From an uncultured Gemmatimonadaceae bacterium (GTDB taxonomy: Bacteria > Gemmatimonadota > Gemmatimonadetes > Gemmatimonadales > Gemmatimonadaceae), in NCBI GenBank assembly GCA_963740355.1, contig CAVUDW010000003.1:800001-864000 (forward strand): a stretch of 64,000 nt of DNA, in the 5' to 3' direction. Below, one piece after another: positions 9,228 to 20,031 of the stretch. The notes below the pieces were generated by a model. That model was not told the origin of the DNA. It saw nothing but the letters and a program-made list of their open reading frames with translations, and made no database searches. Every line of letters starts with the position of its first letter. Position 1 is the first letter of the stretch. The position numbers and the translations under genes are program-made.

Positions 9228-10616
9228 ATGTCATCACTTCGCTTGACGGGGCGGCATCCTTCGCGCCTGCCGATTGCAGCCGCCTTCGCGATCGCCCTGT
9301 CGTTGTCCGGCTGCCAGGGGGTGAACGACCGTTTGCTTGGCGTCACCGACCCCGACATCATCATTCCCAGCAACGTCAATTCTGCAGAAGCAGCCACGGC
9401 GCTGTCATACGGCACGATCAGTACGTTCCGCAACATCACGGGCGCCGCAGAAAGCAGCTGGTTGTTTGGCGGCCTGCTGACCGACGAGTGGTCCACCAGC
9501 TCGACATTCATCGAGAATGACGAGACTGACCAGCGCCGGGTGCGGGAGTTCAACGGGTCCGTGACCACGATGCTGCGCAACCTGTATCGCGTTCGCACGC
9601 GTGCCAATGCAGCACTGGCCGCGATGCAACAGTACAACCCGACCGCGCGGGCATTGATTGCCGAGTTGTACCTCGCCCGTGGCTACGCAGAGTTGCAACT
9701 GGCGTCGGACTTCTGCAATGGAATTCCGATCGGCAACACCACGACGCTGCCACCCGAGAATGGCGCGCCGCTGAGCAACCAGGCCGTCTTCCTGCTGGCA
9801 GCCGCGTCCCTCGACTCGGCACTGACGTTTGCGAGCGGCACCGATGCGCAAAGCGTCTTGATCAACCGGGCGTCGCGCGTGGCACGCGCACGCGTCGCGC
9901 TCGGGTTGGCGGACTTCTCCGGTGCTGCAACCTTCGTTGCCGGTGTCCCGACGGCCTTCGCGTATCAGCACACCTTTTCGCTAACGACCGGTACGAACAC
10001 GCTTTGGGGACAGGGACTCAGCGCGCGGCGGTACAGTGTCGGAGACAGCATCGAAGGCAACGCGAGAAACATCCGCGTCACCAATGCGATTCCGTTCGCC
10101 TCGTCGCGCGACACGCGCCTGCCAGTGACGATTCCATTGACAGGTGCGATCAATGGCCAGGATGGACAGACGTATGCGCGTACGACTGCCATGTGGGGAC
10201 AACTCACGTCGGTCGATGTCGCGAACGGCGTGGATGCGCGACTGATCGAAGCCGAAGTGGCACTGAAGGGTGGCAACACCTCGCTGTGGCTTTCGACACT
10301 CAATGCCTTGCGCGCCGCACCACCGAAACTCGGCGACATCCAGTCTGCCGCGTTGCCTGCCCTGGTCGATCCGGGAACCGCGGAGGCACGATTGACGCTG
10401 CTGTTCCGCGAGAAAGCCTTCTGGACGTTCAGCCGCGGCCAGCGGCTCGGTGACATGCGACGGTTACTCCGCCAGTACGGCCGCACGGAGGCCAACACCT
10501 TTCCGCAAGGCGTACACTACAAGGGAGGCAACTACGGCACCGACGTCAACCTCCCGGTGGTGACGGACGAACGAAACAATCCAAACTTCAAGGGCTGCAC
10601 TGATCGCCTGCCGTGA
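9228..10616 (+). CDS. SusD/RagB-like lipoprotein
   Basis: Lipobox LSGC, directly after SusC. ARLIEAE, GQRLGDMRR and ERNNPN motifs. Confidence 0.88.
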   Translation: MSSLRLTGRHPSRLPIAAAFAIALSLSGCQGVNDRLLGVTDPDIIIPSNVNSAEAATALSYGTISTFRNITGAAESSWLFGGLLTDEWSTSSTFIENDETDQRRVREFNGSVTTMLRNLYRVRTRANAALAAMQQYNPTARALIAELYLARGYAELQLASDFCNGIPIGNTTTLPPENGAPLSNQAVFLLAAASLDSALTFASGTDAQSVLINRASRVARARVALGLADFSGAATFVAGVPTAFAYQHTFSLTTGTNTLWGQGLSARRYSVGDSIEGNARNIRVTNAIPFASSRDTRLPVTIPLTGAINGQDGQTYARTTAMWGQLTSVDVANGVDARLIEAEVALKGGNTSLWLSTLNALRAAPPKLGDIQSAALPALVDPGTAEARLTLLFREKAFWTFSRGQRLGDMRRLLRQYGRTEANTFPQGVHYKGGNYGTDVNLPVVTDERNNPNFKGCTDRLP

Positions 10617-10662
10617 GAGGATCGCTCAGCCATCTTGCAGACACGTGAAGGGTGAGATTCTC

Positions 10663-10694
10663 GAAGCCCCGGCGCCGATTGGCGCCGGGGCTTC
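10663..10694. terminator. GC-rich hairpin between convergent genes
   Basis: GAAGCCCCGGCGCC-GATT-GGCGCCGGGGCTTC, perfect 14-bp stem; U-tract weak. Confidence 0.65.
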
Positions 10695-10748
10695 ATGGCA
10701 TTCGCCAGTCTGAGCACACCGCGACGGGAACGCACAGCCACTTCGGTC

Positions 10749-13139
10749 CTACGCCGCCACCGACGCTTCCTCGAGATCGTCGATATCCAGCGCCCGCCAC
10801 GACGACAGGAAGCCCACCACCTCGTCCGCAGGCAGCGGCCGGCTGACGAGGAACCCCTGAAAGGCGGAACACCCGCGCTCCGACAACATCGCGGCCTCGA
10901 TCTCGTGCTCCACGCCCTCCGCAATCGTGCGCATGCGCAACGCACGCGCCATCGCGAGGATGGTCTCGACCAGCACCTGCGCCTCGCCATCGCGCGACAG
11001 GTCGCGCACGAAGCTGCGATCGATCTTGAGGGTGTCGAAGGGGAACCGCCGCAAGTAGCCAAGGGCGGAATAGCCCGTGCCGAAATCATCGAGCGCGGTG
11101 CGGAAACCAAGCGACCGCAGCTCGCGCAACGCACCGACTGCCGCATCCGCATCGTCGATCAGCGCCGACTCCGTGACTTCCAGTTCGACTCGCCCCGGGC
11201 GCAACAGGTGCGCCGCCGACGCGACTCGCGCCACGAACCCATCCGCCGTCAACTGCGTGGCAGACACGTTGATCGACACCGTCACGCGGCCTGGCCAGTT
11301 CGCAGCCTCGTCGCAGGCGGTCTGCAGCACCCAATCACCGATGTCATGCATCAGGCCGGCCGCTTCGGCGATCGGCACGAATTCCGTCGGCGACACGTCC
11401 CCATGCTCGGCGTTATTCCATCGGAGCAACGCCTCGAAACCGCAGACGCTCTGGTCAACCGCGGCGATCTGCGGCTGGTATTCGAGACGGAATTCGCCGC
11501 GATCCAGTGCGCCGTGCAGCGCCTGCGCCAACGCCAGTCGGCGCCGACTGGTATCGGCCAGCGACGAGTGGAAGAAGCAGTAGCGATTGCCCCCCGCCTG
11601 CTTCGCAGAGTAGAGAGCGAGGTCGGCGTGATTGAGCAGTGTGTCGACGTCACTGCCATCGGCCGGAGCCAGCGCCACACCAATGCTCGCTCGCAGGAAC
11701 TCCGTCTGCCCCAGCACATCGCACGGTTCGTCGAGCGCCTGCAGCACGCGGTCGAGGAGCGCGCTGACTTCTTCCTCATTGGCGCTGCCACGCAGGACCA
11801 TCGCGAACTCGTCGCCACCGAGGCGAGCCACCGTGTCGGTGCGGCGCGCGACGGAGAGCAGCCGCTGCCCAAAGGTCGCCAGCAAGCGGTCGCCCGCCGC
11901 GTGACCTCGACTGTCGTTGATGCGCTTGAAGTCGTCGAGGTCGAAACAGATCACGGCCATCGGCTGCACGACCGTTCCCTGCACCAGCGACTGCAGCAGC
12001 TCACGGAACTGGTGTCGGTTGACGAGGCCCGTCAGGCTGTCGTTGTTGGCCAGCCAACTGAGGCGACGATACGCCATCTGCCGGTCAGTGATGTCGGTCG
12101 CGACACCGCGCCAGCCTGTGACCACTCCACCTTCACCCAGCAGCGGGCGCGCACTGAGCGCCCACCAGGTACGAACATTCCCCGCGGCCAGCGAGACGTG
12201 GATGTCGCGGAACGCACGCTGTTCGTCGAGGCTCGACTGCAGCGCGGCCCACTGCATCATGCTCGCATCGTCATCTGGCAGGCAGCGCTGCAGCACCGTC
12301 CACGCGTGCACACGTGCGAGCTTCGATGCCGGAACACCAAGCACCTGCGTCAGGCGGGGCGACACATGCACGAACCGCCCGCGCGCATCGAGCTCCCACA
12401 GCAGGTCGCTGGCGTGATCCTCGAAATCCTTCAGCAACAGCCCGATCACTTCGTTCTGCCGCTCCGCACACGCCTCGGCCACCAGGCGTGCACCGATCGT
12501 CTTCGCCATCGTCCACACACTGTAGATGACGATGCCGCAGTAGGCCAGCAGCACGAATGCAAACGCGTGCGCGAATTCGAGACTCGAATTCCAGAGCGCC
12601 AGCACAGAGCCGAGTCCGATGGCGAGCACCCATGACGACGCGGCGACCGGTACACTGGAGAGGGCGAACCCACCAGCGCAGATCATCCCGGTCACGACCA
12701 GGCCGAGGTAGAACTGGGACGCCAGATCAAGCTCCGGGTAGAGCACGGCCGGCAACGTCCCCCACGCAGCCCCGAGCACACCCGCTTGCACGGCCGCGTG
12801 CCGCAGTGCTCGTCGCGAGGCGGCGCTTCGCTCCCGGCGCCGACGACTCTGGAACCAGCCGCGCAGCCCGACGCCGGCCATCAGCGCAATGCTTACCGAC
12901 CAGATGAGCAGTACCGTGTGACTGGCGTGCGCCCAGAGCGAGATGTCGATGATGATCGCGTTGAGCACATTGATCACCATCGCCAGCGGTGTGAGCCGCA
13001 GCAGCGCCTCCAGCTGGCGGGCCCGGAAGCGTCTCGCGTCCGATTCTTCGGCATCGTAGGCGCTGAAAAAGTGCCGCAGCCGCCCCAATGTCCGGGCAGC
13101 CGCGGTATGCAGCGGTGAGCGATGTCGAGGCTGGGGCAT
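10749..13139 (-). CDS. Membrane PAS-GGDEF-EAL c-di-GMP enzyme
   Basis: About 5 TM segments, PAS (LWELD..GVATDIT), GGDEF, EALLRW, DDFGTGYS, LKIDRSF, AEGVE. Start uncertain (13139 chosen). Confidence 0.92.
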   Translation of the reverse strand: MPQPRHRSPLHTAAARTLGRLRHFFSAYDAEESDARRFRARQLEALLRLTPLAMVINVLNAIIIDISLWAHASHTVLLIWSVSIALMAGVGLRGWFQSRRRRERSAASRRALRHAAVQAGVLGAAWGTLPAVLYPELDLASQFYLGLVVTGMICAGGFALSSVPVAASSWVLAIGLGSVLALWNSSLEFAHAFAFVLLAYCGIVIYSVWTMAKTIGARLVAEACAERQNEVIGLLLKDFEDHASDLLWELDARGRFVHVSPRLTQVLGVPASKLARVHAWTVLQRCLPDDDASMMQWAALQSSLDEQRAFRDIHVSLAAGNVRTWWALSARPLLGEGGVVTGWRGVATDITDRQMAYRRLSWLANNDSLTGLVNRHQFRELLQSLVQGTVVQPMAVICFDLDDFKRINDSRGHAAGDRLLATFGQRLLSVARRTDTVARLGGDEFAMVLRGSANEEEVSALLDRVLQALDEPCDVLGQTEFLRASIGVALAPADGSDVDTLLNHADLALYSAKQAGGNRYCFFHSSLADTSRRRLALAQALHGALDRGEFRLEYQPQIAAVDQSVCGFEALLRWNNAEHGDVSPTEFVPIAEAAGLMHDIGDWVLQTACDEAANWPGRVTVSINVSATQLTADGFVARVASAAHLLRPGRVELEVTESALIDDADAAVGALRELRSLGFRTALDDFGTGYSALGYLRRFPFDTLKIDRSFVRDLSRDGEAQVLVETILAMARALRMRTIAEGVEHEIEAAMLSERGCSAFQGFLVSRPLPADEVVGFLSSWRALDIDDLEEASVAA

Positions 13140-13447
13140 TCCGGGCGGCGAACGGTGGGAGTGGGTGGGACGATGCTGGTTCGAGAGCCGGGACCTGGGT
13201 GGCAGCTCCGAACTGGCATCCTCCTCCCCGCGAGACGACGGCATGGGCATGCTGGCAACCCCAGCCGTACCACTTGCAGCCACAGGAATGATCAGACGAG
13301 CTCGTGCAATGAGGATCGGCTCATCTCCGCCGATCTTGAGACCTCCACATCCTTGAAAACATTGCCTCGGGCGGCGAACGGGTGCATGGTGCCACAACCT
13401 TCGGCCGTCCCTCGCGGGCGACCGCTCCGACCCACTGCGCACCCCAG

Positions 13448-14455
13448 ATGCCGCCACGCCTCGCCAGCCTCGCCGTCGCCCTGATCCTGACCAGCGCCAG
13501 CGCCTTCGCCCAGCCTGCCCGCTCTGGCAACCCGATCCTGCCGGGGTGGTATGCGGACCCAGAGGTGCACGTCTTCGAGGGGCAGTACTGGATCTTCCCG
13601 ACCTACTCGGCGCCGTACGCGGAGCAGACGTTCATGGACGCGTTCTCGTCCCGCGACCTGGTGACCTGGACGAAACACGCACACGTGCTCGACACGGCCA
13701 ACGTGTCGTGGGCCCGTCGCGCGATGTGGGCACCGTCAATCGTGAAGAAGGGCGAGTGGTACTACCTGTTCTTTGGCGCGAACGACATCCAGAGCGACGC
13801 GGAGAAGGGCGGCATCGGTGTGGCGCGCTCGAAATCACCCGCCGGCCCGTTCGTCGACGTGTTGGGCAAGCCGCTGATCGATGCCTTCCACAATGGCGCA
13901 CAGCCCATCGACCAGATGGTCTTCCAGGATGTCGACGGGTCGTACTACATCGTCTACGGCGGCTGGCGGCACTGCAACATCGCCAGATTGAACGATGACT
14001 TCACTGCCATCGTGCCATTCCCTGACGGCACCAAGTACAAGGAGATCACGCCTGCCGGATATGTGGAGGGGGCGTACATGCTGGTGAAGGATGGCAAGTA
14101 CTACTTCATGTGGTCGGAAGGCGGTTGGACAGGGCCTGACTACGCGGTGGCATACGCCGTCGGCACCTCGCCGTTCGGACCCTTCGAGCGCGTCGGGAAG
14201 ATTCTCCAGCAGGATCCGGCGGTGGCCACTGGTGCTGGCCATCATTCGGTGCTGCATGTTCCAGGCTCAGCGAACTGGTACATGGTCTACCATCGTCGGC
14301 CGCTCAACGAAACGGACCGCAATCACCGTGTCGTGAGCATCGACGAGATGCGCTTCGATGCGCAGGGACACATCCAGCCGGTGGTGATCACGACGACGGG
14401 TGTGACACGCGACCCGATTCGCACTCGCCCGACACAGACACGCAACGTTCCATGA
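13448..14455 (+). CDS. Secreted glycoside hydrolase family 43
   Basis: Signal peptide (SAFA/Q), NPILPGWYADP, WAPS, PIDQMVF, YVEG, GHHS. Confidence 0.9.
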   Translation: MPPRLASLAVALILTSASAFAQPARSGNPILPGWYADPEVHVFEGQYWIFPTYSAPYAEQTFMDAFSSRDLVTWTKHAHVLDTANVSWARRAMWAPSIVKKGEWYYLFFGANDIQSDAEKGGIGVARSKSPAGPFVDVLGKPLIDAFHNGAQPIDQMVFQDVDGSYYIVYGGWRHCNIARLNDDFTAIVPFPDGTKYKEITPAGYVEGAYMLVKDGKYYFMWSEGGWTGPDYAVAYAVGTSPFGPFERVGKILQQDPAVATGAGHHSVLHVPGSANWYMVYHRRPLNETDRNHRVVSIDEMRFDAQGHIQPVVITTTGVTRDPIRTRPTQTRNVP

Positions 14456-15792
14456 CTCCCCCTGCGACACTCCGCTCCATGACATCCTGCCGCATCCTGC
14501 TGGCGTCACTCGCCCTCCCGCTGACACTCGGTGCGCAAGCGGCGCTCACACGTCCCGAAGCCGCGATGCGCGCCGAGATCGAGAAACGACGGGAAGATCA
14601 GGTCGCATACCTGGAGCGGCTGGTGAACATCCCCAGCGGCACGCTGAACGTGGCGGGTGTGCGCGAGGTTGGCCGCGTGATCGGTGCAACGCTCGATTCA
14701 CTCGGCTTCCGCTCGACCTGGGTCGAGGTGCCGGCCGAGATGAAGCGCGCCGGGCATCTCGTCGCCACCCACACCGGCAAGCCGGGCTCTCCGCGAGTGC
14801 TGGTGATCGGGCATCTCGACACCGTCTTCGAAGGCGCCAACCAGCGGTTCGAGCGCGTCGACACGATTGCGAAGGGCGCAGGCTCGAACGACATGAAAGG
14901 CGGCGATGTGATCATCATCTACGCCTTGAAGGCGATGCAGGCCGCAGGCACCCTGAAGGACCTCAACGTCACGGTGGTGATGACCGGTGACGAGGAGTAT
15001 CCGGGTGACCCGCTCTCGGCGGCGCGTGCCGCGCTGGTCGATGCGGCGAAGCAGTCCGACATCGCGCTGGCATTCGAAGGGGGCTCGCGGACACAGGCCA
15101 CCATCGGCCGACGCTCGGCGAGCGGCTGGACCCTGAAGGTGACTGGGCAGCAGGGCCATTCCTCTGGCGTGTTCCGCAGCGGCTACGGCGCGATCTACGA
15201 GGCCGCGCGCATCCTCGATGAATTTCGCCGCGAGTTGGCGAGCGAGGAGAACCTGACCTTCAACCCTGGCACGATCGCCGGCGGCTCGAACGTCGCCTAC
15301 GACACGCTCACGCAGAGCGGCACCACCGCCAGCAAGACGAACATCATCGCACCGATCACCTGGGTACAGGGCGACCTTCGCGCGATGAATCCGGAGCAGA
15401 TCGTGCGCGCGCAAACGAAGATGCGCGAAATCGTCGCCCGCAACCTGAAAGGCACCACCGCCGAGATCACGTTCAGCGACGGATATCCGCCGATGGCCGT
15501 GACTGCGGGCGGCGAGAAGTTGCTCGGTATCTACAGCGGTGTCAGCGAGGCGTTGGGCTACGGGGCACTGACTGCCAGCGACCCCGCGCGCCGCGGCGCT
15601 GGTGACCTCAGTTTCGTGGCACCATACATCGATGGCGTGGAAGGGCTGGGTGCTCTCGGACTTGGATCCCATTCGCCGAACGAATCCGTCAGTCTTCCCG
15701 CCCTCACGATGCAGACGGAGCGCGCGGCACTGATGCTGTACCGGCTGTCGAGGGAAAAGGCGGACGCAGTGCGGCGTCGGCCACGGATGTAA
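14452..15792 (+). CDS. Secreted M20/M25/M40 metallopeptidase (glutamate carboxypeptidase-like)
   Basis: GHLDTV, GSNDMKGG, GDEE, C-terminal GSHS. ATGA overlap with the GH43 gene. Confidence 0.88.
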   Translation: MTPPATLRSMTSCRILLASLALPLTLGAQAALTRPEAAMRAEIEKRREDQVAYLERLVNIPSGTLNVAGVREVGRVIGATLDSLGFRSTWVEVPAEMKRAGHLVATHTGKPGSPRVLVIGHLDTVFEGANQRFERVDTIAKGAGSNDMKGGDVIIIYALKAMQAAGTLKDLNVTVVMTGDEEYPGDPLSAARAALVDAAKQSDIALAFEGGSRTQATIGRRSASGWTLKVTGQQGHSSGVFRSGYGAIYEAARILDEFRRELASEENLTFNPGTIAGGSNVAYDTLTQSGTTASKTNIIAPITWVQGDLRAMNPEQIVRAQTKMREIVARNLKGTTAEITFSDGYPPMAVTAGGEKLLGIYSGVSEALGYGALTASDPARRGAGDLSFVAPYIDGVEGLGALGLGSHSPNESVSLPALTMQTERAALMLYRLSREKADAVRRRPRM

Positions 15793-15867
15793 CGCGAGCG
15801 TCCGGCTGTGTCGCCACGGCGCCGCCACCGATAGACTACACGCACGACTTCCCACCAGCCGACTTCG

Positions 15868-17121
15868 ATGCACAAACGCGACTTCCTCCGCTCCCTTGGC
15901 GCCACCACGATCGCCGCTCTCGTCGGGCCGCGCCTCTGGGCGCAGTACGAGCCGCTGGCGCCGACCGAGCTGGCTGGGGCGGAGGACTTCTGGCTGGCGC
16001 TGCGTGCCAAGTACCGGCTCAAGCCTGACTACATCAATCTCGAGCACGGCTACTACTCGATGCAGTCGACCGAGGTGCTGGAGGCGTTCATTCGCAACGT
16101 GCGCGAGGTGAACTACCAGGCGTCGTACTACATGCGCACCGTGCAGGGCACGAACAAGGACGCGGCGCGCAGCAAGTTGGCCGCGATTGCCGGCTGCTCC
16201 GTTGAGGAGCTGATCATCACGCGCAACACCACCGAGTCACTCGACACGGTGATCAGCGGCTACGACTGGCGGCCGGGCGATGAAGCGGTGATGGCGAGCC
16301 AGGACTACGGCGCGATGCTCGACCAGTTCGCGCTGCAGGCCAAGCGCTACGGCATGATGAATCGCATCGTCTCGATTCCGAATGAGCCGAAGTCGGATGA
16401 CGAGATCGTGCAGTTGTATGCGAACGCCATCACGCCGAAGACACGACTGCTGCTGATCAGCCACCTCGTGAACATCACGGGACAGGTGCTGCCGGTGCGG
16501 AAGGTGGTCGACATGGCGCACGCGAAGGGCGTGGCGGTGGCGGTGGATGGCGCACACGCATTTGCGCACCTCGATTTCAGGATCCCGGATCTTGGCGCGG
16601 ACTATTACGCGGCCAGCCTGCACAAGTGGCTGGGTGTGCCACTGGGCGCCGGCATCCTCTACGTGAAGCAGGATCGCATCGCCGGGCTGTGGCCGATGTT
16701 CGGCGACATGGGTTTTGCCGACACCGACATCCGGAAGCTGAATCACACCGGGACGCACCCGGTGCACACCGATCTCTCGATCCAGAATGCGATCACCTTC
16801 CACGAGAGCATCGGCGTCGCGCGCAAGGAAGCCCGCATGCGCTACCTGCAGCAGTACTGGACGACGAAGGTGCGTGGGACGAAGAACGTGGTCGTGAACA
16901 CGCCCGCGGAGCCGCAGCGGGCTGCAGGCATTGCCAATGTCGGCATCACGAACATGGCACCGGGTGCCATGACGAAGATCCTGCTCGACAAGTACAAGAT
17001 CTGGACCGTCGCCATCGACCGTGAAAACGTGCGCGGGGCACGTATCACGCCGCACCTCTACACCACGACGGCGGAGCTCGACGTGCTGGTGCGCGCGCTG
17101 AAAGAACTCGCGAGCACCTGA
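15868..17121 (+). CDS. Class V PLP-dependent aminotransferase (isopenicillin N epimerase-like) with Tat-like signal
   Basis: RNTTES, VDGAH, SLHKW (PLP lysine); N-terminus KRDFLR plus hydrophobic stretch. Confidence 0.88.
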   Translation: MHKRDFLRSLGATTIAALVGPRLWAQYEPLAPTELAGAEDFWLALRAKYRLKPDYINLEHGYYSMQSTEVLEAFIRNVREVNYQASYYMRTVQGTNKDAARSKLAAIAGCSVEELIITRNTTESLDTVISGYDWRPGDEAVMASQDYGAMLDQFALQAKRYGMMNRIVSIPNEPKSDDEIVQLYANAITPKTRLLLISHLVNITGQVLPVRKVVDMAHAKGVAVAVDGAHAFAHLDFRIPDLGADYYAASLHKWLGVPLGAGILYVKQDRIAGLWPMFGDMGFADTDIRKLNHTGTHPVHTDLSIQNAITFHESIGVARKEARMRYLQQYWTTKVRGTKNVVVNTPAEPQRAAGIANVGITNMAPGAMTKILLDKYKIWTVAIDRENVRGARITPHLYTTTAELDVLVRALKELAST

Positions 17122-17125
17122 GCCG

Positions 17126-17914
17126 GTGGAGGAGACGCCGGTAGCGGTCTGGGTTCCAACGCGGCTGCAGCGCAGCTATCGCTTCCTCAACCGCCTCGTG
17201 GGCGACCGCCGCTCGCAGACTGCGAATCGCCGGCTGGGTGGCATCCTTGCCTTCATCGCCGGCGCCATCAACGCTGGTGGCTTCCTGGCGGTGGGTCGCT
17301 ACACATCACATGTCAGCGGGGTGGTCTCGGCCATCGCGGATGATGTCGCAGTTGGCAGCGTCGCACTCGCACTGGCGGGCGTGGTGAGCGTGGTGACGTT
17401 CATCAGCGGCGCGGCATGCACGGCGATCCTCATCAACTGGGCACGCCGCCGAAACCTGCACAGCGTCTACGCCTTGCCATTGCTCGTCGAAGCGGCGCTC
17501 CTGCTGCTCTTCGGGCTGGCGGGCGCCGGGCTCAAGTCATTCGCACACCTGCTCGTGCCGTCGACGGTCCTCCTGCTGTTCTTCATGATGGGATTGCAGA
17601 ATGCGATCATCACGAAGATGTCCGGTGCCGAGATCCGCACGACGCACATGACCGGCATTGCCACCGATCTTGGCATCGAGCTGGGGAAGTATTTCTACTG
17701 GAATGGCAACGACTCCCCGCTCGACAAACGCTACGTGCGTGCGAATCGCGACCGCCTGGCGGTGCACGCGATGATCCTGACGCTGTTCCTCGTTGGCGGT
17801 ATCGCAGGCGCGCTGGCGTTCAAGTCGGTGGGATACGCCGCCACCATTCCAATTGCGCTGCTGTTGATCGTCCTCGCGCTGCCATCGACACTGGCGGATT
17901 TCGACTGGCACTGA
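17126..17914 (+). CDS. YoaK/DUF1275-family membrane protein
   Basis: LAFIAGAINAGGF, TSHVSG, MGLQNA, RTTHMTG motifs. Confidence 0.85.
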   Translation: MEETPVAVWVPTRLQRSYRFLNRLVGDRRSQTANRRLGGILAFIAGAINAGGFLAVGRYTSHVSGVVSAIADDVAVGSVALALAGVVSVVTFISGAACTAILINWARRRNLHSVYALPLLVEAALLLLFGLAGAGLKSFAHLLVPSTVLLLFFMMGLQNAIITKMSGAEIRTTHMTGIATDLGIELGKYFYWNGNDSPLDKRYVRANRDRLAVHAMILTLFLVGGIAGALAFKSVGYAATIPIALLLIVLALPSTLADFDWH

Positions 17915-17929
17915 GGCGCCGCCCGACGC

Positions 17930-18883
17930 TCAGCGCGGGAGTGCCAGCAGCCCCATTGGCACGCGGCGCCAACCGGGCCAGCGCTGAAGCTTGCCCGTAG
18001 CGTCACGCAGCTGCATCTGCGCGCTGATCCCGCCATCGAGCATCACGGCGCGATTACAACCGAGGGCTCCCATCAGCGCCGCCATCTCTGGCGTGGTCAG
18101 GCCAAATGGGACGGCGCCCAGCGTTGGCCCGAAGACATCGAAGCGTGTCATCACCAGCAGCACCGTGCCATCGCGGAGTGTGCCGATGGCGAGGCGGGCA
18201 TCTCGATGCGTCAGGTCCACACCGCCATTGGCGGTCCGTAGCTGCACCGGCACCGCACCATCGGCCTCGAGCAGTGTCGGAAAACTCTGGAAGGCACTGT
18301 GTACCCCGCGCGTGCGATCGGCGGCGGCGAGCGTGGATGGCGGCTGAAGTCGCACTGCACCACTGGTGTCGAAGACCACCGCCGTGGAGAGCGGCCCAAC
18401 GCCAGGTGGTCGAAATTCGCGACCCTGCATCACCACCCATCCCCACGGCAGTGTGCCGAGCAGCGTCACGTCGAACTGGCCGGCGTTGACGGCGAGGATC
18501 GCCCGCGCACCGACGTCCTCGGTGCGCCAACGCGCAGTGCGAGTGACGTAGCCGTTGACGTCACGCGATTGCCGGAAGGCGGTGTCGAGTGCGAACCGCA
18601 CCCTCGCGGGATCGATGCGCACGATGATACCTCGTGTGCGCCACGCCTCACCATCGCCTCGCAACGGGATCTCGGCAAAGGTGATCCCCGCCTGCGCGCG
18701 TTTCCACTGCAATGCCGCCAGCAGTGCGGCGTCGGGCCCCATCCACCGCACAGGCGCGGCCGAGTCGGGGCGCCAGAGGCCGCGCCAGCCATCGCGCCCT
18801 GCAACAGCAAGCGGCGCCTTCTGGGCGCCGCTTGCTGTACTCGCCAACACGCTCGCGGCGCAGAGCACTGCCCGCAGGCGCAT
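17930..18883 (-). CDS. Secreted phosphodiester glycosidase-family (NAGPA/DUF2233) protein
   Basis: Signal peptide, AVNAGQF, RDARLAIG, LGCNRAVMLDGGIS. Confidence 0.75.
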   Translation of the reverse strand: MRLRAVLCAASVLASTASGAQKAPLAVAGRDGWRGLWRPDSAAPVRWMGPDAALLAALQWKRAQAGITFAEIPLRGDGEAWRTRGIIVRIDPARVRFALDTAFRQSRDVNGYVTRTARWRTEDVGARAILAVNAGQFDVTLLGTLPWGWVVMQGREFRPPGVGPLSTAVVFDTSGAVRLQPPSTLAAADRTRGVHSAFQSFPTLLEADGAVPVQLRTANGGVDLTHRDARLAIGTLRDGTVLLVMTRFDVFGPTLGAVPFGLTTPEMAALMGALGCNRAVMLDGGISAQMQLRDATGKLQRWPGWRRVPMGLLALPR

Positions 18884-18888
18884 GACGA

Positions 18889-19824
18889 TCACTCGCTGCC
18901 GTTGAACGCCTTCCGCAGCGTACCGCGCTGGGCGACGAGCAGGTTGTACTCGGACCGCGAGAAGGTGACCGTGATGGGTGCATCCTTTCGCATGCCAGTG
19001 AGCCATGACGCAATACGCTCCCAGAACATCCGGGCTTGCACATCCGTCATGCCGACCGCGGCACCACTCACGCCACCAGAACTTCCGAGCAAGCCGTTCG
19101 CGGCGCGGCTCACACTGTCGGCGCGTGCACGGAGCAACTCCGTCCGCACCATGCTGGCTGGCTTGCGCGGACGAGCGCCGCACTTGCTGACCGCTGCGCG
19201 ATCGATCGATGCGCTGTCGGTCACCGCCCCGCCCATCGCACGCGCCATCTTCTCCTGCGCTCGCAGGATGGCTGCCTGATCGTTGGCGCGCTGTGCGGCC
19301 GCCATCTCCTGCATGATCGCCATCATCGCCTTCACCTTCGGGTCATTCTGCGCCGCCATCGGATTGGCCTGCATCTTGGCCGACATTTCGCTGGCCGCGC
19401 GCTCATTCTGCTGGTCAAGGGCATTGCTGACGTCGGACCGACAGCGATCATAGGTCTGATCGGCTTGCTCGTACGCGGAGCGCTCACGTTCGTTCTCCGA
19501 CTTGGTCGCCGAATCGCTGATGGCATTGGCTTGCGCCTGCATGGCCTCGTACCGCTGCCGGTTGGAGGCGCGCTGCGACTTCAGCTGCTCCATGGCGGCG
19601 GTGTACCGGTCCAGACGCTCGGCGGTGATCTCCAGCGTCGTTTGGTCGAAGGTGGGATCGATCAGCATGGCGACCTGCGCCTTGTCGTCCACCTTCTGTT
19701 CGACACGACGTTCGGCGGCGCGCCGAAGTGCGCCAAGCTGTGCCTGCGCCGGAACGGCTGCCAGGGTCAGCAGGCCGAGGACGAGGGGTGCGATGCTCCG
19801 ACGGGAAAGCGGCAACGCCGACAT
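18889..19824 (-). CDS. Secreted helical hypothetical protein
   Basis: Signal peptide (PAQA/Q), Ala/Gln/Met-rich helical sequence, one Cys pair; abuts the downstream gene. Confidence 0.7.
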   Translation of the reverse strand: MSALPLSRRSIAPLVLGLLTLAAVPAQAQLGALRRAAERRVEQKVDDKAQVAMLIDPTFDQTTLEITAERLDRYTAAMEQLKSQRASNRQRYEAMQAQANAISDSATKSENERERSAYEQADQTYDRCRSDVSNALDQQNERAASEMSAKMQANPMAAQNDPKVKAMMAIMQEMAAAQRANDQAAILRAQEKMARAMGGAVTDSASIDRAAVSKCGARPRKPASMVRTELLRARADSVSRAANGLLGSSGGVSGAAVGMTDVQARMFWERIASWLTGMRKDAPITVTFSRSEYNLLVAQRGTLRKAFNGSE

Positions 19825-20031
19825 GTGTGGCTCCAGGGCGAAAGGTCGACACCGGCGAGGCCGGAAGTTCATGCGGTAGCAGGGGGCGCCGCCCGAGAGC
19901 GACAGCAGCCCGAGGAAGTAACGCCGGGACTGGGATGATCATCTCACCCCGGCCGATGCCGCACATGGGGAAAATGACCCCTGAACGCCGGTGTGTGAAC
20001 AAGCTGTGCCGCTACGCCGCCCGGGCGGGCG

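Noticed and set aside
10695..12635. 646-aa plus-strand ORF
   Set aside because: Antisense shadow of the GGDEF-EAL gene.
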